Source: Ophelia neglecta (lineage: Eukaryota). From it: DNA of 64,000 bases. Where the stretch lies: NCBI GenBank assembly GCA_965285935.1, contig OZ260664.1, positions 40,920,001 through 40,984,000 of the forward strand, in the 5' to 3' direction. A model generated the notes under the pieces. That model was not told where the DNA came from and searched no databases. It was given only the letters and a program-made list of their open reading frames with translations. This document shows, in pieces, positions 1-52,469 of this stretch. Every line of letters starts with the position of its first letter. Positions within the stretch are counted from its first letter, which is position 1. The position numbers and the translations under genes were made by a program.

Positions 1-2093
1 TTATTATGTGCAGCATATTTAGCTACGAACAAATAGTGCCAGGTATATTTACTGCCAGTCGGAAAAAAACATATCTTCTTTTCCCTCTCTATCCCTTTCA
101 TTGAAAAATAACCCATTATCTGGTAGTGATAGCCACGTGTGTTATCTATATAAGTGACTCCGATCAACATGGCAGAAGCGCGGATACCAGCATCAGCAAA
201 ATAATTGCGGTGTTAGGAAAAATGTGTTAACTTATATTTGTATTTAAAATATTCAGTAAAAAGAGTAAATAACCATAATCTAGGTATCCAATTAAACTCG
301 TTTGTGCACGTCAGTTGAAAAATAATGGTGAATTGATATTAATAAAATAATGCATGCATTCTGCCTTTGTGTTTATTTGTTCCATTCTAGAAAGGTACAT
401 TCGATTTGTCCATTGACATATATGACCTATCAATTTTAGGGGGGGGGGGGACTCTGACAAGATGTACCATATCAAACTGATTGCTAAGCCATAGAAATAG
501 TCAGTAAATCTGATAATACGAGTTCAGTCAGCATAGATGTCTCATTAATCTTTGAACTTTATTTATCCTACTATTAAATGACCCAGCCAGCCGTAAGGGT
601 ATGATGATTTATTTTAATAGATTCCTCTAGCCTTTCACCTTGGGGCAAGGACATTGGTGAAAAGAACCATGTACAGTAAACTGGGCTTCTGCATCCTAAG
701 TAATAATGCACAAGAGTCAACCCTCAATAGTCTCTCCCATGAACATCATAAGGAATTTCAAAAAGACTAAATGTTTCTTGAATAGGCCTATATTTTATAG
801 ATATTTCAGATATGTAAAAGTTTAAAGACCCGCAGACATGTTTGTAGATATGCGTTTAACGTTTGGTATCAAAATCTTCAGCTGAATGCGCACTATTGAA
901 AAGCCAGCGATCAAAGCTTTTAAAGGTTTATTAACTCGCAGCCTCTGAAAAGGCATGGAGTACAAAAACAATAATACTTTAATATGTCGAAATGGTAGAC
1001 AATACTATTTCTTTTAAATAAGTTCATATCTTACAAAGAATTATGGACAACTGAGACAACTGAGACCTTGTGTTTTGCCATTAATCAGACGGACACATTT
1101 ATAAGTATACTTGTGCGTTGATGATAGATTACTGGTAAATACTGCTTACGAAGTTCCGTGATAACCATGATTTTCCATCCGAGAACAACATGATATCCAT
1201 CACTTTGGTCTTCACAAAATGTACAATACCTTTCAGCTCTATAGGAGTCCGTTATACCGACCAGTTTCTAAAAACAAGCAGTACTTACTCACACGACATC
1301 ACAAAACGTAATATCTCAAAGTGCTTATGAGGTAGTTCTATAATGGGCGTTAGTTTTCAATGTTCTACAGACTTAACACGATGGGCTGGTGGAAATATAA
1401 TCGAGCCAAGACTGTATAGAGTGCTCTGTCAACATTATTTCCCTGTTTTTCAAACAATGGAATGTTTTGCACACCTCTGTGAGCATATGTATTTGGACAG
1501 CCACTTCTTCAAGCGTTAAGTCTTAATAGTTTAGTCACGGGCCTGTTAATATCCCTGTCTCCTGTAAACTATCAATATATTGATATAAGGATAGCAAAGC
1601 TAAATGTACGAGTTTCCCCCTGCGCTACATGAGCCAAATATGTAACCATCCTCGATTTAATAATGACAGCCAACGGGAGTCTGCCAGTTTCGCCATATTC
1701 AGTATCATATTAATAGGCCTACATGTCGATTTTTACAATTTCAGAGCAGATTTACACAAGCGCACTTACACCGCTGAATTAAATCAATATAACTAAACCT
1801 CTATTACTTCACAATCGTAAGTTAAGATGCGAGTGACAAGTATATCAAAAAGTTCAATTTGATCCTAATCTAAAACATATGTATTTGTAAGCAATGACAT
1901 CTTAGCTCTAGATGCTTGTTCTACAAGAACTTGGATACACGGAGTAAAGTAACCATTAAATTTGAATACAATACCTTAGTATTTCAATTGCTCTACACCT
2001 TTCTGGCTTTACCACTCAATACAGTAAGCTGTTTTTGTTTTTCGAATTAAAGATACAGACTTTAGTTTTTGAAGCATTGACAGATAATCACCA

Positions 2094-2099
2094 TTTATT
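2094..2099 (-). promoter_or_regulatory. Candidate polyadenylation signal (AATAAA) of the rGC gene
   Basis: AATAAA on the minus strand about 220 nt downstream of the stop. Confidence 0.4.
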
Positions 2100-2321
2100 A
2101 CTACATTTATACACATTTAAGTTGTCAAACCCTTCTGAAGCCTTTCTGCCAGTGTTTGCCTCCCATTCCAACGGACGAATTTCTACAAAAAGAAACAGTC
2201 ATTTCCTGACTCACCAACAATCAATCAATAATTAATAAAACTACAAAAAAAGCAAAAAAGCTCGAGTTAAAATCTACTGAAAAGAAAACTCGAACTCATT
2301 TAAATGTGGCTTTTATAAACA

Positions 2322-40139
<37,818 letters not shown>

Positions 40140-41005
40140 CACAGACGATCCTTCCTGACGCGAAACGATTGAGCCTTTAGCTGCTTCGCATAAATAAATC
40201 AGAAATAAAATTCTGTTAACATATTATATCTCCGGCAACTCCTGTGAACTTGAAAATAATTAGCAGAGTTTGTCGACTGGAGGCGCGTAGGTTTTAACTG
40301 GACAGTTTCATTGTCGTCTGTGATTATCACCCGATCAGGCTGCGACAGCGATGCGCAAATCAATGCTACATAATTATGATGATTAAGACACGCATCAGCA
40401 CCGCGTTCTTGTTGGGTTATTACATGTATTTCTGATATATAACACTCAAGTTAAAATGAATATAAACCTAAATTTAGGTTTAATGATAACTTAACAATGT
40501 GTTTAGTTTGAAAATAAGAACTGCTATCCGGTTTATTCTGAACTTTCCCATCGCCTTGAACTCATTTTCAGAATCAGTTAGGTCTACTAAATCCAAAACA
40601 AAAAATCACATGCACTGGTAGCTATAGGACACCAAAACGTTCATCAAATGTCGAAATGGCCTGAAATCGTGACATAATAACAGAATTTATCCAGAATTCT
40701 GGACATGAAGTTTGACTAGAATATGTACCAAGTAACAGAAAGGGAAATATCTGAGTAACAACATTGTTCAAATATCAATGCTATAGATTGATTAACCTGT
40801 ATCCGCTTATATACAAGGTATGCTGGGGTCATTGGTCCATTTTTGTTAAACTATAGGCAATCCTTTATTGATAATTAATTTAGAATACACTCTTCTTACT
40901 CTTGCATATAGCACAGTAAGAATTGTGACCTCGTATAAGCAGACTCTTTCAGCATTCTCAGTCAGTTGGCACATAGGAGCCCTGTCTTTGAATACAATAG
41001 CAACT

Positions 41006-41090
41006 AAATGGCAGGTGTGGGCCTAAATGGCAAGTGTGGGCCTAAAACTCAGTGTGGACCTAAAAGGCAGGTGTGGTACTAAAAGGCACC
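41006..41090 (+). repeat. 19-20-bp tandem repeat (aaatggcaggtgtgggcct), about 4 copies
   Basis: Direct inspection. Confidence 0.7.
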
Positions 41091-42229
41091 GTCTAAAGTC
41101 TAACTGTTCAAAACTTGGAAAAGTTTCGACCCGAATAAAAACTGTTCATGCTTAAACAGGAGCAACCGATTTGAGGGCGTTACCTCATGAACAGAACGGC
41201 ATTATCATTAGTCATTATCTATACAGTGATGATTAGTTTTAACGCCGTATCTGCTACAGGAGTTTGGGGGAGGAGGGTGACGTGAGTAGGACGCAGATGG
41301 ATGTAAAGGGGGCGGTAGGGGTGTGAGAAGGTGTTGGGAAAGGGAGGGCCGATGAGGTGTTTGGGTGAGGGTGTGGGGTGCAGTCGGTGTCGGAGGGGGT
41401 AGTCCGTATGGTGGAGAAGAGCATACCCATGTAAAATCGTAGACATATGGGAAAGTGAAATAAATATTCTCATACCGTTGAAAATATATTCATACCGATA
41501 AAAGCTAGGCATTTGGGTGAAAATTGGATGAAAATAGAGTGAAAATTGTGGTAAAATTGGCCTATGTGAAATCTTCGGCCGGCAGCGATATGAACTCTTT
41601 AGTTTTCCTTCACAGAAATATGCCAGAATATTAATTTTGAACACACGTTGCAGTAAAACAAGCATACAATAGTACAGAATGTATTTTAAGCCCTGGGTCG
41701 TTTGGGTACGAGTAGGGAAGACACGGACACAAATAAGTTCTTGGGTTTTTCACACAGCTGTTCCAGCCAAGTTTAACTCTAAGAGCGAGTCCTATCATAT
41801 CTGACTGAGCTCGGACTTCACCTGACTAGGCCTGATGCTTTTGTTTAATGTGCTGGCTACCCACTATTAAACTTTCGCCCAAATAAAGTATTTTCTTTTC
41901 TTCAGAAGTTGTTAAACAAACAGACAAAATCTACTGTGATGATGCAGGATACAGTGTATAGATCACTGCATTAAACAGGCAGAGTACAGTGCCAGTTGTT
42001 AAATGGTGTTTTTTCATGAGTACCGATTTGTTTTCGTTGCAGGGTATAGCCACTCAGGCTATATATAGGTGTCACTTAGTGTTTATCATAGAGGATGCAG
42101 CCTCAGGAGACCAAGGCATAATACGCCAGATGTCATTTGTGTCTTATAATATACAAAAACGGCGCAAAACTTATGGCCCTCTAAACGGGTTTCTTACGGG
42201 AAATCCTTTTATTTCTGATCACTTGTGAT

Positions 42230-43900
42230 GACATATTTTTGACTGTGGAATTCTCGATGGTTGGAAAAACGGCTTTATCCTGCTCACACATAAAAGGGAA
42301 GTAGATCCGATCCCTAGCGTTTACGGGGAATATCATTACACGTTGTATTGGAAATTTATATCAATAGCCAGGTAGGCTTCCAAAAGTTTCACAGTACAGT
42401 AGATATTATACTCGTTTTTAATACCATTATAAACAACTTTAGATATTAGGTAAAACTAGATGCAATCTTCATCGATTTAAAAAAGTCTTTCTATTTAATA
42501 AACCAAAGCAATTTATGGTTTTAATTACTCAAGTTAGGTGTACGCAGAAAAAAAAATGTATTAAACAAACTGTTCATTCCCTGCATGTTACCAAAGCATA
42601 TAGGCAGCTAAAGGTAACGTTAGTTAAGTTAGAACATCCGAAAATGTTGAATATGTTTTAGGGTCAGACATGGCGAATCACTCTCGCCCTGCTATATTGT
42701 ATATTGGGCATAGGCCTATATAAAAGTCGTTGAAATATGTCTTTCAGAGAATGATTGAAATGATAATCTAGTGACTATTTTATAGGTTTGCTAAGGGTGT
42801 ACAGTTTGTTATTCGCCGTCGTCGCGGCCATTTTAAGTGATTGTCGCGTAGGGATACAGGACGGTATGAATTATATACATGTATATGTATATGAATACTG
42901 TTTGACTTGGAACTTACTGTTAAACACCAACAAGACAAAGGTTTTAACATTCGGCCGGAAGTCATACTTATATACCCTAATCCTAATTCTCCTTTGAAGG
43001 TACAGAATTGCAAAGTGGAGATAACTTATGCTATTTAGGCGTGATCATCAAGGCGAGCGGATCATGGGTTGATGAGCAAGAGCTTTTAAATGCAAAATCG
43101 AAAAAATCAACTTTTACTTTCCACAAATACCCTTGTAAGTATGAAATTCTGTGGATAGATTCAAGCAGAATTCACGATGTATTAATAAGTTCTATACTGC
43201 ACTATGGAGCTAAAGTTAAGGTTATAAAGCCGCAAAAAATGGAAAGAATGCATCTTAAATTTATGAATGAAAAACTGTGTGCGAAGAAAATTACCATGTC
43301 TGATTCTGTGTATAGAGATAGAGGTAGAATTACCCTCATTTATGTACGCAGGCTGTATAAGGATTGTACAGATTGGCCATGTATTGTTACAGGTAAAAAG
43401 CCCAGTCTGATTAGCGAGGTATAAGTCACTGTAATACCAAAAATGTACGATATGTATGCTGTCATCGGGTCAGGAACTTAATTTGTAATTGTGGTTATCA
43501 ACATGTATAGGACAGGAATGGTCGCATATGTCAGTATTGTCTTATGACTGTTTTCAGAAAGAGAATGTTTTAGATCGCTCACGGTACTAAATTCTTAGGT
43601 TTAAAACCCGATTTATTTATTTTGTCATTGATAGGTTTCTCTCAAGGAACCATTATTTAGCAGGCGAGCCTGGCAGGTGGTCATGTTCTAGGATGTTAGT
43701 TGAAGATAGGAACTGTGTAGCGTGCAAATGATTGAAACAGGAATACATGCAATCTATAAGTGTCCCATTTACTCAATATAAAGAGGGCATTATTTCCTAA
43801 TTCATTGATCGAAAACCAATCTGATAAAAAAATCATTTTTTTTTTGTGGTACTGCTAAATGATAGTGCTAATTTCTTGAAGAGGTGCATATGCACTCGAC
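42230..43900 (+). mobile_element. Heavily degraded LINE reverse-transcriptase relic
   Basis: Fragments such as IFIDLKKSF, LLFAVV (ADD-like), LLNTNKTKVLTF, YLGVI, ILHYGA, ERMHLKF. Confidence 0.65.
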
Positions 43901-45651
43901 GCAATGCCAGGAAACTGCAGGTTATACATATGAGATCTAGTATAGATCTAGTCTCTAGTATATATAGTTTATTGAAAAGAGTATCTCGGTTGCCTTTTAA
44001 TATTTTTACACATTGAGGCCTTATGAAGATACTTCGGATAAAAATGCACTACTCATTAAATACTATGTACCCTTTGTATATCATGTTACCTACATTTCCA
44101 ATGAAATAAGGTTAATAAAAAGTTTAAAATGGAAAAAATGTACCGTATCTTAGTGTGAAGGTTTTTAAATGGGTATCTGTAATGTAAACCGAAAGGAATA
44201 AGGATTCGATTAGAATCAAAGAAGTCAAACAAGGACTCTTGGAGGGTTGATTTTCTAGTTTTGATTGCTGTAACATAAATGCAGTTAATTGCCGAAATTG
44301 GGCTTCACGTTATCAATTTCGATTTCCGATTAGTGCTTGGGGCTTTGTGCGCCTGCTTCTTCCGGAGATATAATCGTCGGTTACTGATGCACTAGTTCAG
44401 CGACACCAATCAGGCCGGCTGACTCCACCCAAGTAATATATCTATATATAATTGTCATAGTATTTATGCACGATTGAATATCTCAAACTATAGGACAACA
44501 GTTACATCCTTTATTTAGTACATTTTTAGTCGATTATTATGGTTATAGAAGGCTTATTAATTAGACAGGTATTATAGAACGGGGTGTGTGTGTGTGTGTG
44601 TTTGGGGGGGGGGGGGGGGGGTTAGGGGCATATTTTATAGGTAGTGAGTGTATATATCTAGGATTTTTAGGCCATATATTACATAACTGATCAGTTTGCT
44701 TTGTTATGAGAAATGCCAGGTTCTGATGTGATTGTGCATTGAGCATCCTCATAGACAAGGGGGGTGACACTAATTCTAGGCTCCTTTTACTACTGCTATT
44801 ACTCCTGTCCCTTTACTGATGAGCCAAATGTTCTTGTTTGGAAAAAAAACTGGTGGAACCCACCTTTCGTCATCTAAGAATGCGACTTCCTTGTTTCAAA
44901 ATCGAGAGTGGCAGTCTTTCAATCCATTTTGACACAACAACGTTCTATTTAGGGCCTTATTTCTAGTTGCAGTGACACAATAGGGTTTTTGACTATGCAG
45001 TGGCGCCCCCCTCCAGTTGTCCTAGGAACGAGTTAGATATATGCCTTGTTTGTCCTGTAATAGGCAAAAAGCTTGCAAAGCCTGGATGCCTTGATTGTGT
45101 GTCATGCATATGAAAAAACCCCATAATATCTGTTCATTTAGGGAGAATTCTTTGAGGCCTAGGCTCCTTCTGGTGTTGTGGCTTGGACGAACACATATCA
45201 CAATTTCTGCATGGGCCATTTGAATTGACCAACACCCATATGAACGTAAACAGGTAAAAAAAAAAATTTCTTCAAGCTCACCTCGCAAAAAAATTGCAAA
45301 ATAGTATCTGGGCTCTTTTTTATATGTTGCTGCCTTAATATGTGTTTTTAAATTGAACATCGCTGTTAATCTAGTGAATTGTTGAAACACGTTAAAATGC
45401 TATTTTTTTGCTACTTTTACCAATATTCCTATAGTTTATTTTTATTCGGTAACAAAAATAGTTGCATACAACCTGCAAGTAAAGGGGAGGCTTTTTTCAT
45501 GCCCCCCCCCCCCTCTTTTTGTGTGAAAAAACAAAATGGTCTCCAAAATAACATCTTTTATTTCTAGGAGTTTTGCTGTAATAACCTTTTTTAAAAAGTT
45601 TAAGCTAGAGGCCCTCGATGAAAACGAAACTATTACATAGGCGCGCTGCAA

Positions 45652-47100
45652 CGGTCAGAGCAGAGCCAAGAGAGCCCCCGGCAGCAGTCAGAGCAAGGCC
45701 GAGAGCCCCCGGCAGCAACCTGAGTAGGGCCGAGAGCCCCCGGCAGCAGTCGGAGCAGGGCCGAGAGCCCCCGGCAGCAGTCGGAGCAGGGCCGAGAGCC
45801 CCCGGCAGCAGTCGGAGCAGGGCCGAGGACCCCTCGCAGCAGTGAGAGCAGGGCCGAGAGCCCCCGGCAGCAGTCAGAGCAGGGCCGAGAGCCTCCCGCA
45901 GCAGTCAAAGCAGGGCCGAGAGCCCCCAGCAGAAGTATAAGCAGGGCCGAGAGCCCCCGGCAGCAGTCTGAGCAGGGCCGAGAGCCCCCTTGCAGCAGTC
46001 TGAGCAGGGCCGAGAGCCCTCGGCAGCGGTCTGAGCAGGGCCGAGAGCCCCCTGCAGCAGTCGGATAAGAGGCGAGAGCCCCCGGCTGAAGTATGAGCAG
46101 GGCCGAGAGAGCCCCCCGCAGCAGTCAAAAAGGGCCGAGAGCCCCCCGCAACAGTCAGAGCAGGGCCAAGAGCCCTCGGCAGCTGTCAGAGCAGGGCCGA
46201 GAGGCCCCCGCAGCAGTGAGAGCAGGGCCGAGAGCCCCCGGCAGCAGTCAGAGCAGGGCCGAGAGCCTCCCGCAGCAGTCAAAGCAGGGCCGAGAGCCCC
46301 CAGCAGAAGTATAAGCAGGGCCGAGAGCCCCCGGCAGCAGTCTGAGCAGGGCCGAGAGCCCCCTTGCAGCAGTCTGAGCAGGGCCGAGAGCCCTCGGCAG
46401 CGGTCTGAGCAGGGCCGAGAGCCCCCTGCAGCAGTCGGATTAGGGGCGAGAGCCCCCGGCTGAAGTATGAGCAGGGCCGAGAGAGCCCCCCGCAGCAGTC
46501 AAAAAGGGCCGAGAGCCCCCCGCAACAGTCAGAGCAGGGCCTAGAGCCCTCGGCAGCTGTCAGAGCAGGGCCGAGAGGCCCCCGCAGCAGTCAGAGCAGG
46601 GCCGAGAGCCCCCCGCAGCAGTCAGAGCAGGGCCAAGAGCCCCCCGCAGCAGTCAGAGCAGGGCCGAGAGCCCCCCCCCCCCCCCCCGCAGCAGTCAGAG
46701 CAGGCCCAAGAGCCCCCCGCAGCAGTCAAAGCAGGGCCGAGAGCCTACCCCAGCAGTCAGAGCAGGGCCAAGAGCCCCCCGCAGCAGTCAGAGCAGGGCC
46801 AAGAGACCCCCGCAGCAGTCAGAGCAGGGCCAAGAGCCCCCCGCAGCAGTCAAAGCAGGGCCGAGAGCCTACCCCAGCAGTCAGAGCAGGGCCAAGAGCC
46901 CCCCGCAGCAGTCAGAGCAGGGCCAAGAGCCCCCGGCAGCAGTCGGAGCAGGGCCGAGAGCCCCCGGCAGCAGTCGGAGCAGGGCCGAGAGCCCCCGGCA
47001 GCAGTCGGAGCAGGGCCGGGAGCCCCCTGCAGCAGTCAGAGCAGGGCCGAGAGCCCCCTGCAGCAGTCAGAGCAGGGCCGAGAGTGCCTCGCAGCAGCCA
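45652..47100 (+). repeat. GC-rich 31-bp minisatellite (gcagcagtcagagcagggccgagagcccccg), about 46 copies
   Basis: 31-nt periodicity measured at 46981/47012; no spacers. Confidence 0.95.
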
Positions 47101-49754
47101 GAGCGGGCTAGGGTTGTGCGGTCCCTTGGCACTGGGGTATGATGCGTACTGAAAGGCCACTTATCCGCAGGTTGCCTTTGCAATAAAGCTAAAAGGTGCT
47201 GCAAACTAAATTAACTTCCTATCTTTTACAAGTTGAATCAAAGCGATTCGACGCCGCCCACCTTTTGCCAAAAGGGGGCATTGACCAGGGCCTATTTCTG
47301 GACCCACCCAATGTGGTTTCAGAGGGTTGGTAACAGGAACAATCTAGACATTTGCCTTGTCAGCCTTAGAAAATACCCCCTCCCTTTCTGGATCCGCCAC
47401 GGTATAGATAATGTACTTCTGGATAAAGTAAATAATGAGGAACACGAGATGGTATTGTTCGTCGACGTTGTAATGCCGCTACATATGACAAGAAGCAAGT
47501 AAATTGCCGCATTGCTTCACGGGCATTTACTATGTGCAGTCTGTAATAACTCTGTATTGTTATTCTATGGGTTCTCTGATTACACTTAATTATTTAATCG
47601 CGCTTGGTCATGACTCAATTCAAAAGTTCAATTTATTCCAGTACCTATGATCAAATTGACCCATTTCAGGGTCAAGTGACTCGCACGCCACAGTCACTAT
47701 CTCTGCAGTGACTCTGGCCAGAGTCAAGTCATCTTGGTCTGGGTGACCCTCTAAACTCAGTCAACTGGCCCTACCAGTGTCATTAGAACTCTTCACCGGT
47801 CATTTTGAAGGTTACTTTGGTAATGAATTTTTCAATATCGGCCAGAAGCTAAAACACCGACCCACCATCATAAAAAGTATGCTGAATCTAATATGCTTGA
47901 ATGGTTACAAGGACATTCTTCTTCCAACCTAAAAATGTACCGAACTTTGACTTTTTTCATCTCCACCCAGCAACCTATTTCATGCAAGTTTTTTAGTTTG
48001 TGCCCAATCTAACATTGTGTTTTTGATGTTATGTATATTCATTTTTATTGCTCAAAAAACGAATCTCGCAGTTATTGCAAATATTTTTAAGGGTTTTCAC
48101 CAATGTGTTAAGTGTGTTTTTGGCAGATCTGCCTTACACAAAGAACATTGTCTCTTAGATCATATGTGGCTGTCCCATAAACATGTATTTTGAAAAAAAT
48201 AAATGTCATGTTTTATCTGTATATATAGTGTTTGGTTTGGTTAACGGAGAATTTCCTCAGCTTGCATTGTTCCTTTTGGTAGTGGATTTGGAACATGCCC
48301 GCACAATGCGGCCCTGTATTCAATCACAGATCCAACATTACTGCTATAAACACCTAATCTAACAAGTTGCATCTCTGTCTCATATGTCATATGTGTAAAT
48401 GTGTTTATCTCTTCATCGTAGAGCAGGAGTGGAGTATTATCATCTGAGAGACACTCCATATATTGAATAGGACACTTTTAAATGGAGTAGCCCTGTTTGT
48501 TGTATTACCCTATACATAAATTTCAAAATGGGTTTGATAAACAAAAATCACCAAGAACATTTGCAAATTGTGTTGAAATAAAAAGAAGATTTGTTCGAAA
48601 ACCTTTTAACAAGTTCAACAACAAATTAATATTCTATACTTCTTGGGCTTCTTTTTCATAATCATATATTGTTTACCATTCTCGTTGTTTGTTTCGGGCA
48701 GCCAAGCACTACTCCAACAGATCCAGATGCCCTGCTCCCAACTAGATAGGCCTGCCAGTTGCTAGATGGTGGCATATAATACAGCTGTCGGGTGTCCTCA
48801 TTAGACAAATAGACATAGTGGACCACTTCACCAATTGTGGGAAGTTCTGTGCAGTCGCAACCTGTAAGACTCAAGCTGCACACGAATGAACAGATCTTTC
48901 AAATGACTCAACAATAGGTAGATTCTCAGAAATAATGTCTATTAGAATATCTCTCATTTGGAACTGGCTAACCTGCTGTGAGTGGGTCAAATTGGTCAAG
49001 CGGCCATATTTAATAGCCACTAAAAGCCATTTTTATTGAACTTAAGCACCCCAGACTTTGACATACAAATAGGTGATGTATTTTCATTATAAAATTATGT
49101 TTCCTGCTACACTTTTTCAAAGAATTAATTGCATTTATGCACATACCACACAGCTGACTGGAGGTGGGCGAAAATGGCAATCTGCCTTCTAGAGGTTACT
49201 AACGTCAGAACGTAGAACCCAAAGAGTGATGCCTAGCAGCAGGCAGCCATATTATCCCAGATGGAGATGTGGCTGCCTTGCGGGGCTCATGTCCTTCTTA
49301 CGCTTTACCGTACGACGGTGAAAATGCCAGTAAAAACAAACGCGGTGAGGGTAAAATACTAGCCTCAAGCTTCATATGAATATCTATAGATCGTGCAATG
49401 ATTATCAGTTCTCTTTCACATGATATTTTATTCACCAGGGGTAAATGCTAATTTGACGGTTGATAATGAAAAGAAGTTTTATTATAACAATAGGCATGAC
49501 AGCTTATGTGTTATATTCTAACAATACCAGTAATAGGCCAATTGACACTCAGATCATTATCCCTCATTATCCTTTATTATCATTAACTTGTCATCATTAT
49601 TTATCATTGGTTTTCCTTAAAACAATATTGACAAATAGTCAACTGTATTGCAATATACAACATCATTGGCCCATATTGTGGTTCATTTTGGTTCGTCGCC
49701 ATTTATAACGATTCATTAGGTCTCTTTATGGTTAATCTCCAATCGTCTTGCTTC

Positions 49755-50110
49755 AACACCATTTATCACGGTTCATCGCCATTTATCACGGTTCATCGCC
49801 ATTAATCGTTGTTCATCGCCATTAATCGCCAAGCGTTGCGGTTCATCGCCATTAAACGCACTCCGTTGCCATTAATCTTCATCGCCATTCATTTCAGTTC
49901 ATCGCCATTCTTCGCAGTTAGTAAGCACCATTCCTCAAAGTTCATCGCCTATCATCGTCGTTCATCCCCTTTCTTCGCATATCATCACCATTCATCGCCA
50001 TTCATCGTTGTTCTTCGCCATTCATTGCAGTTCATCACCGTTCATGGATGTTTATTTCGGTTCTTCATGGTACAATATGGTTCATTATGGTTCATGTGCC
50101 TTCATTGTGG
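49755..50110 (+). repeat. Degenerate 10/20-bp tandem repeat (gttcatcgcc/attcatc...)
   Basis: Direct inspection. Confidence 0.8.
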
Positions 50111-51105
50111 TTCAATAGATAAACTATGTGAACAAGGAATCAATTTCATTTTTATAAGTCGAACTTTGTGGCCATTTTCTCTCATTATCGCGAATAAAAA
50201 TGATCTGATTAGATTATTTTATTTTGAATTAAGCGAAACGTTAATCCACAGTTATTTCATGCTAATCAATATTTAGATTTATATGTTGAGAAAGTGCAAA
50301 AGTGATTTTATTGCAACATTTATCCGATTCCACAGCTCTGCCTTCAACTAATGGCATTTTTGTGTACTGGTACCTAGTTTGCCGAGAAAATCACCTACCG
50401 TTGTGAGAGATAGGCTACACGGCATGCACACTTATGCTACTAGTGTGGCCAATTTGCCTAATTAGTACGTACAAAGTAAAGAACTGTTAAAAAAATAAAA
50501 ATTCAATTAACGATTTTACGGCTATTAATGCATTTTACAGCTTTTAGGTCCAAAAAAAGATCGTTTCAATGCAGATTTCTGTATTATTGAATTAAATTTT
50601 TCTGTGTTTTCTGCTAATTTAAGCATGAATTGACGCAACGTTTAAAGCATATTGCATTGTATAACACGCAAACATATTTTCTTTAAAATTACTAATATAG
50701 TAATTATGTTCTCAGCCGATAATTGGCGGATACTGTGCTTTTGTATGGATTGTGCTGGCGAATACCACCACATCAATTTTGGCATTAACAGGATGTATAA
50801 GGGTGTTTATTGGTCTGTAGCAAGATATATAAAAAATTCAAATAATGATGACAATTAAGTTATAGATATAAGTCATACAGATCAAAGAGGAAAGATCCCT
50901 GTAAGGGATATTTATCCTGTCAGTAGACACTGAATTATAATATATAATTAATTAAGCGACCAGCCTTGCAAGAATAGAAATAAACTCCCAATAGGCAAAT
51001 AGACAATGCACTACACCAAACAGCTAGTAATAAATGTTAGTAAAAAAATAACAATAATTAAAGAGAAAAAAAATAGTTACTATGTTGGATTTATGTTGAT
51101 TTTGG

Positions 51106-52135
51106 TTATAATGATAGGGTATTATTATGTAGCAAATAATCATTCAGGTGCCATTTGAAGCAGAGAAAGCTACATTCGCAATCCAGTTTGTCAGCCAAGT
51201 GATTCCATAAAGTTACCCCTCCGTAACGGAGAGATTTTGACACATATGACAATTTAATTATTGGTACCCTTAGTTTGTTGACTTGCCTGGTGTTGTAGCC
51301 ATGAAAGTGAACATTAATAGTAAATAAATCATTAAAAATATGAGGCAAGGTACCTTTCATAAACTTAAACATGAAGTTCATAGCACAGTATATATAAATT
51401 TTATGAAGGGGCAAGATTTTATACGAGACAAACAAATTTTCTGTAGGAGTACCTCTGGGAGAAGAAGTAATCAATCTGACAATCTTTTTCTGAGATCTAA
51501 AGAGTGACGAGAGTAGGTATTCACCTGCGTTGCACCACACTTCAATGCAATAATTAAGATGTGGATATACAAACGAATAATAAAGAGTCACAAGGGTTTT
51601 CCAATTTACTGTTTTTCTTACTTTGTTTAAAATTCCAATTGACCTAGCCACTTTTTTCCTGATCAAAGAAATATGATCAGACCATTTTAGTCTTTCATCA
51701 ATGAAAACACGCAAGAATTTGGTAGATGATACCTGTGTTAAAATGTTTCCATCAAGTAACACTGGGATTACTAAAAATCATAAATTGCGTTTTTTTTTAC
51801 ATTGATAGCCAACTGATTTATATTTAGCCATTCAAGAATCTTTGAAAGTTCAGTGTTCATGCAATCTATAAGATTAGATAAGTTTTTGCCATTGAAAAAG
51901 ACATTAGTGTCATCAGCGAAGAGTATGGGGAAAAGAATATTTGAAACATTGACCATATCGTTTATATAAATCAGAAACAATAATGGGCCCAAGATGGATC
52001 CTTGTGGGACACCGCAAATGACAGCTCTCTCGCCAGACCAAGAATCATTGTAAGTAACACACTGTTTACGATTGCCTAAATAGCTTTGAAACCATTTATG
52101 TGCAATACCTCTCACACCATATCTTTCTAGTTTAA
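51106..52135 (-). mobile_element. L2/CR1-group LINE RT fragment (frameshifted)
   Basis: YGVRG..HKWFQSYL..R.Q, GVPQGSILGPLLFLIYIND, LFADDT, then YYSFVYPHLNYCIEVW in a second frame. Confidence 0.9.
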
Positions 52136-52469
52136 ACAATTTGCTTAGAACTGGTTGCATGCAGAATACACTATACATAACTAAAATATACCAAGGAATT
52201 TCCTTTTTATTGTGTATGTAGATGTAGACAGACATGATCTACATGTAAATGCCCCTTATATAAATGCTTAAATGTATTTCTATACATTTGTTATAATAGT
52301 TTGTAGGCAAAATGTGAATCAATTGACTGTTACTGTTGCCCATTATCACTATTTCATGTGGTGGTGTTAGCTGATTGCAGGTGAAGTAGAATAGTACTAA
52401 TATTGACTGTCATGGCAGACAACGAGCGTTGTGTATTCTGCATGCAACCAGTTCTAAGCAAATTGTACG

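Noticed and set aside
45618-47160. Repetitive Cys/Gly/Ala-rich ORFs and a CRISPR-like look
   Set aside because: Products of the 31-bp minisatellite; units are contiguous with no unique spacers, frames break repeatedly, and the context is eukaryotic
48241-48883. Short minus-strand ORFs in the intergenic region
   Set aside because: No recognisable domain or consistent splice structure; probably decayed transposon sequence
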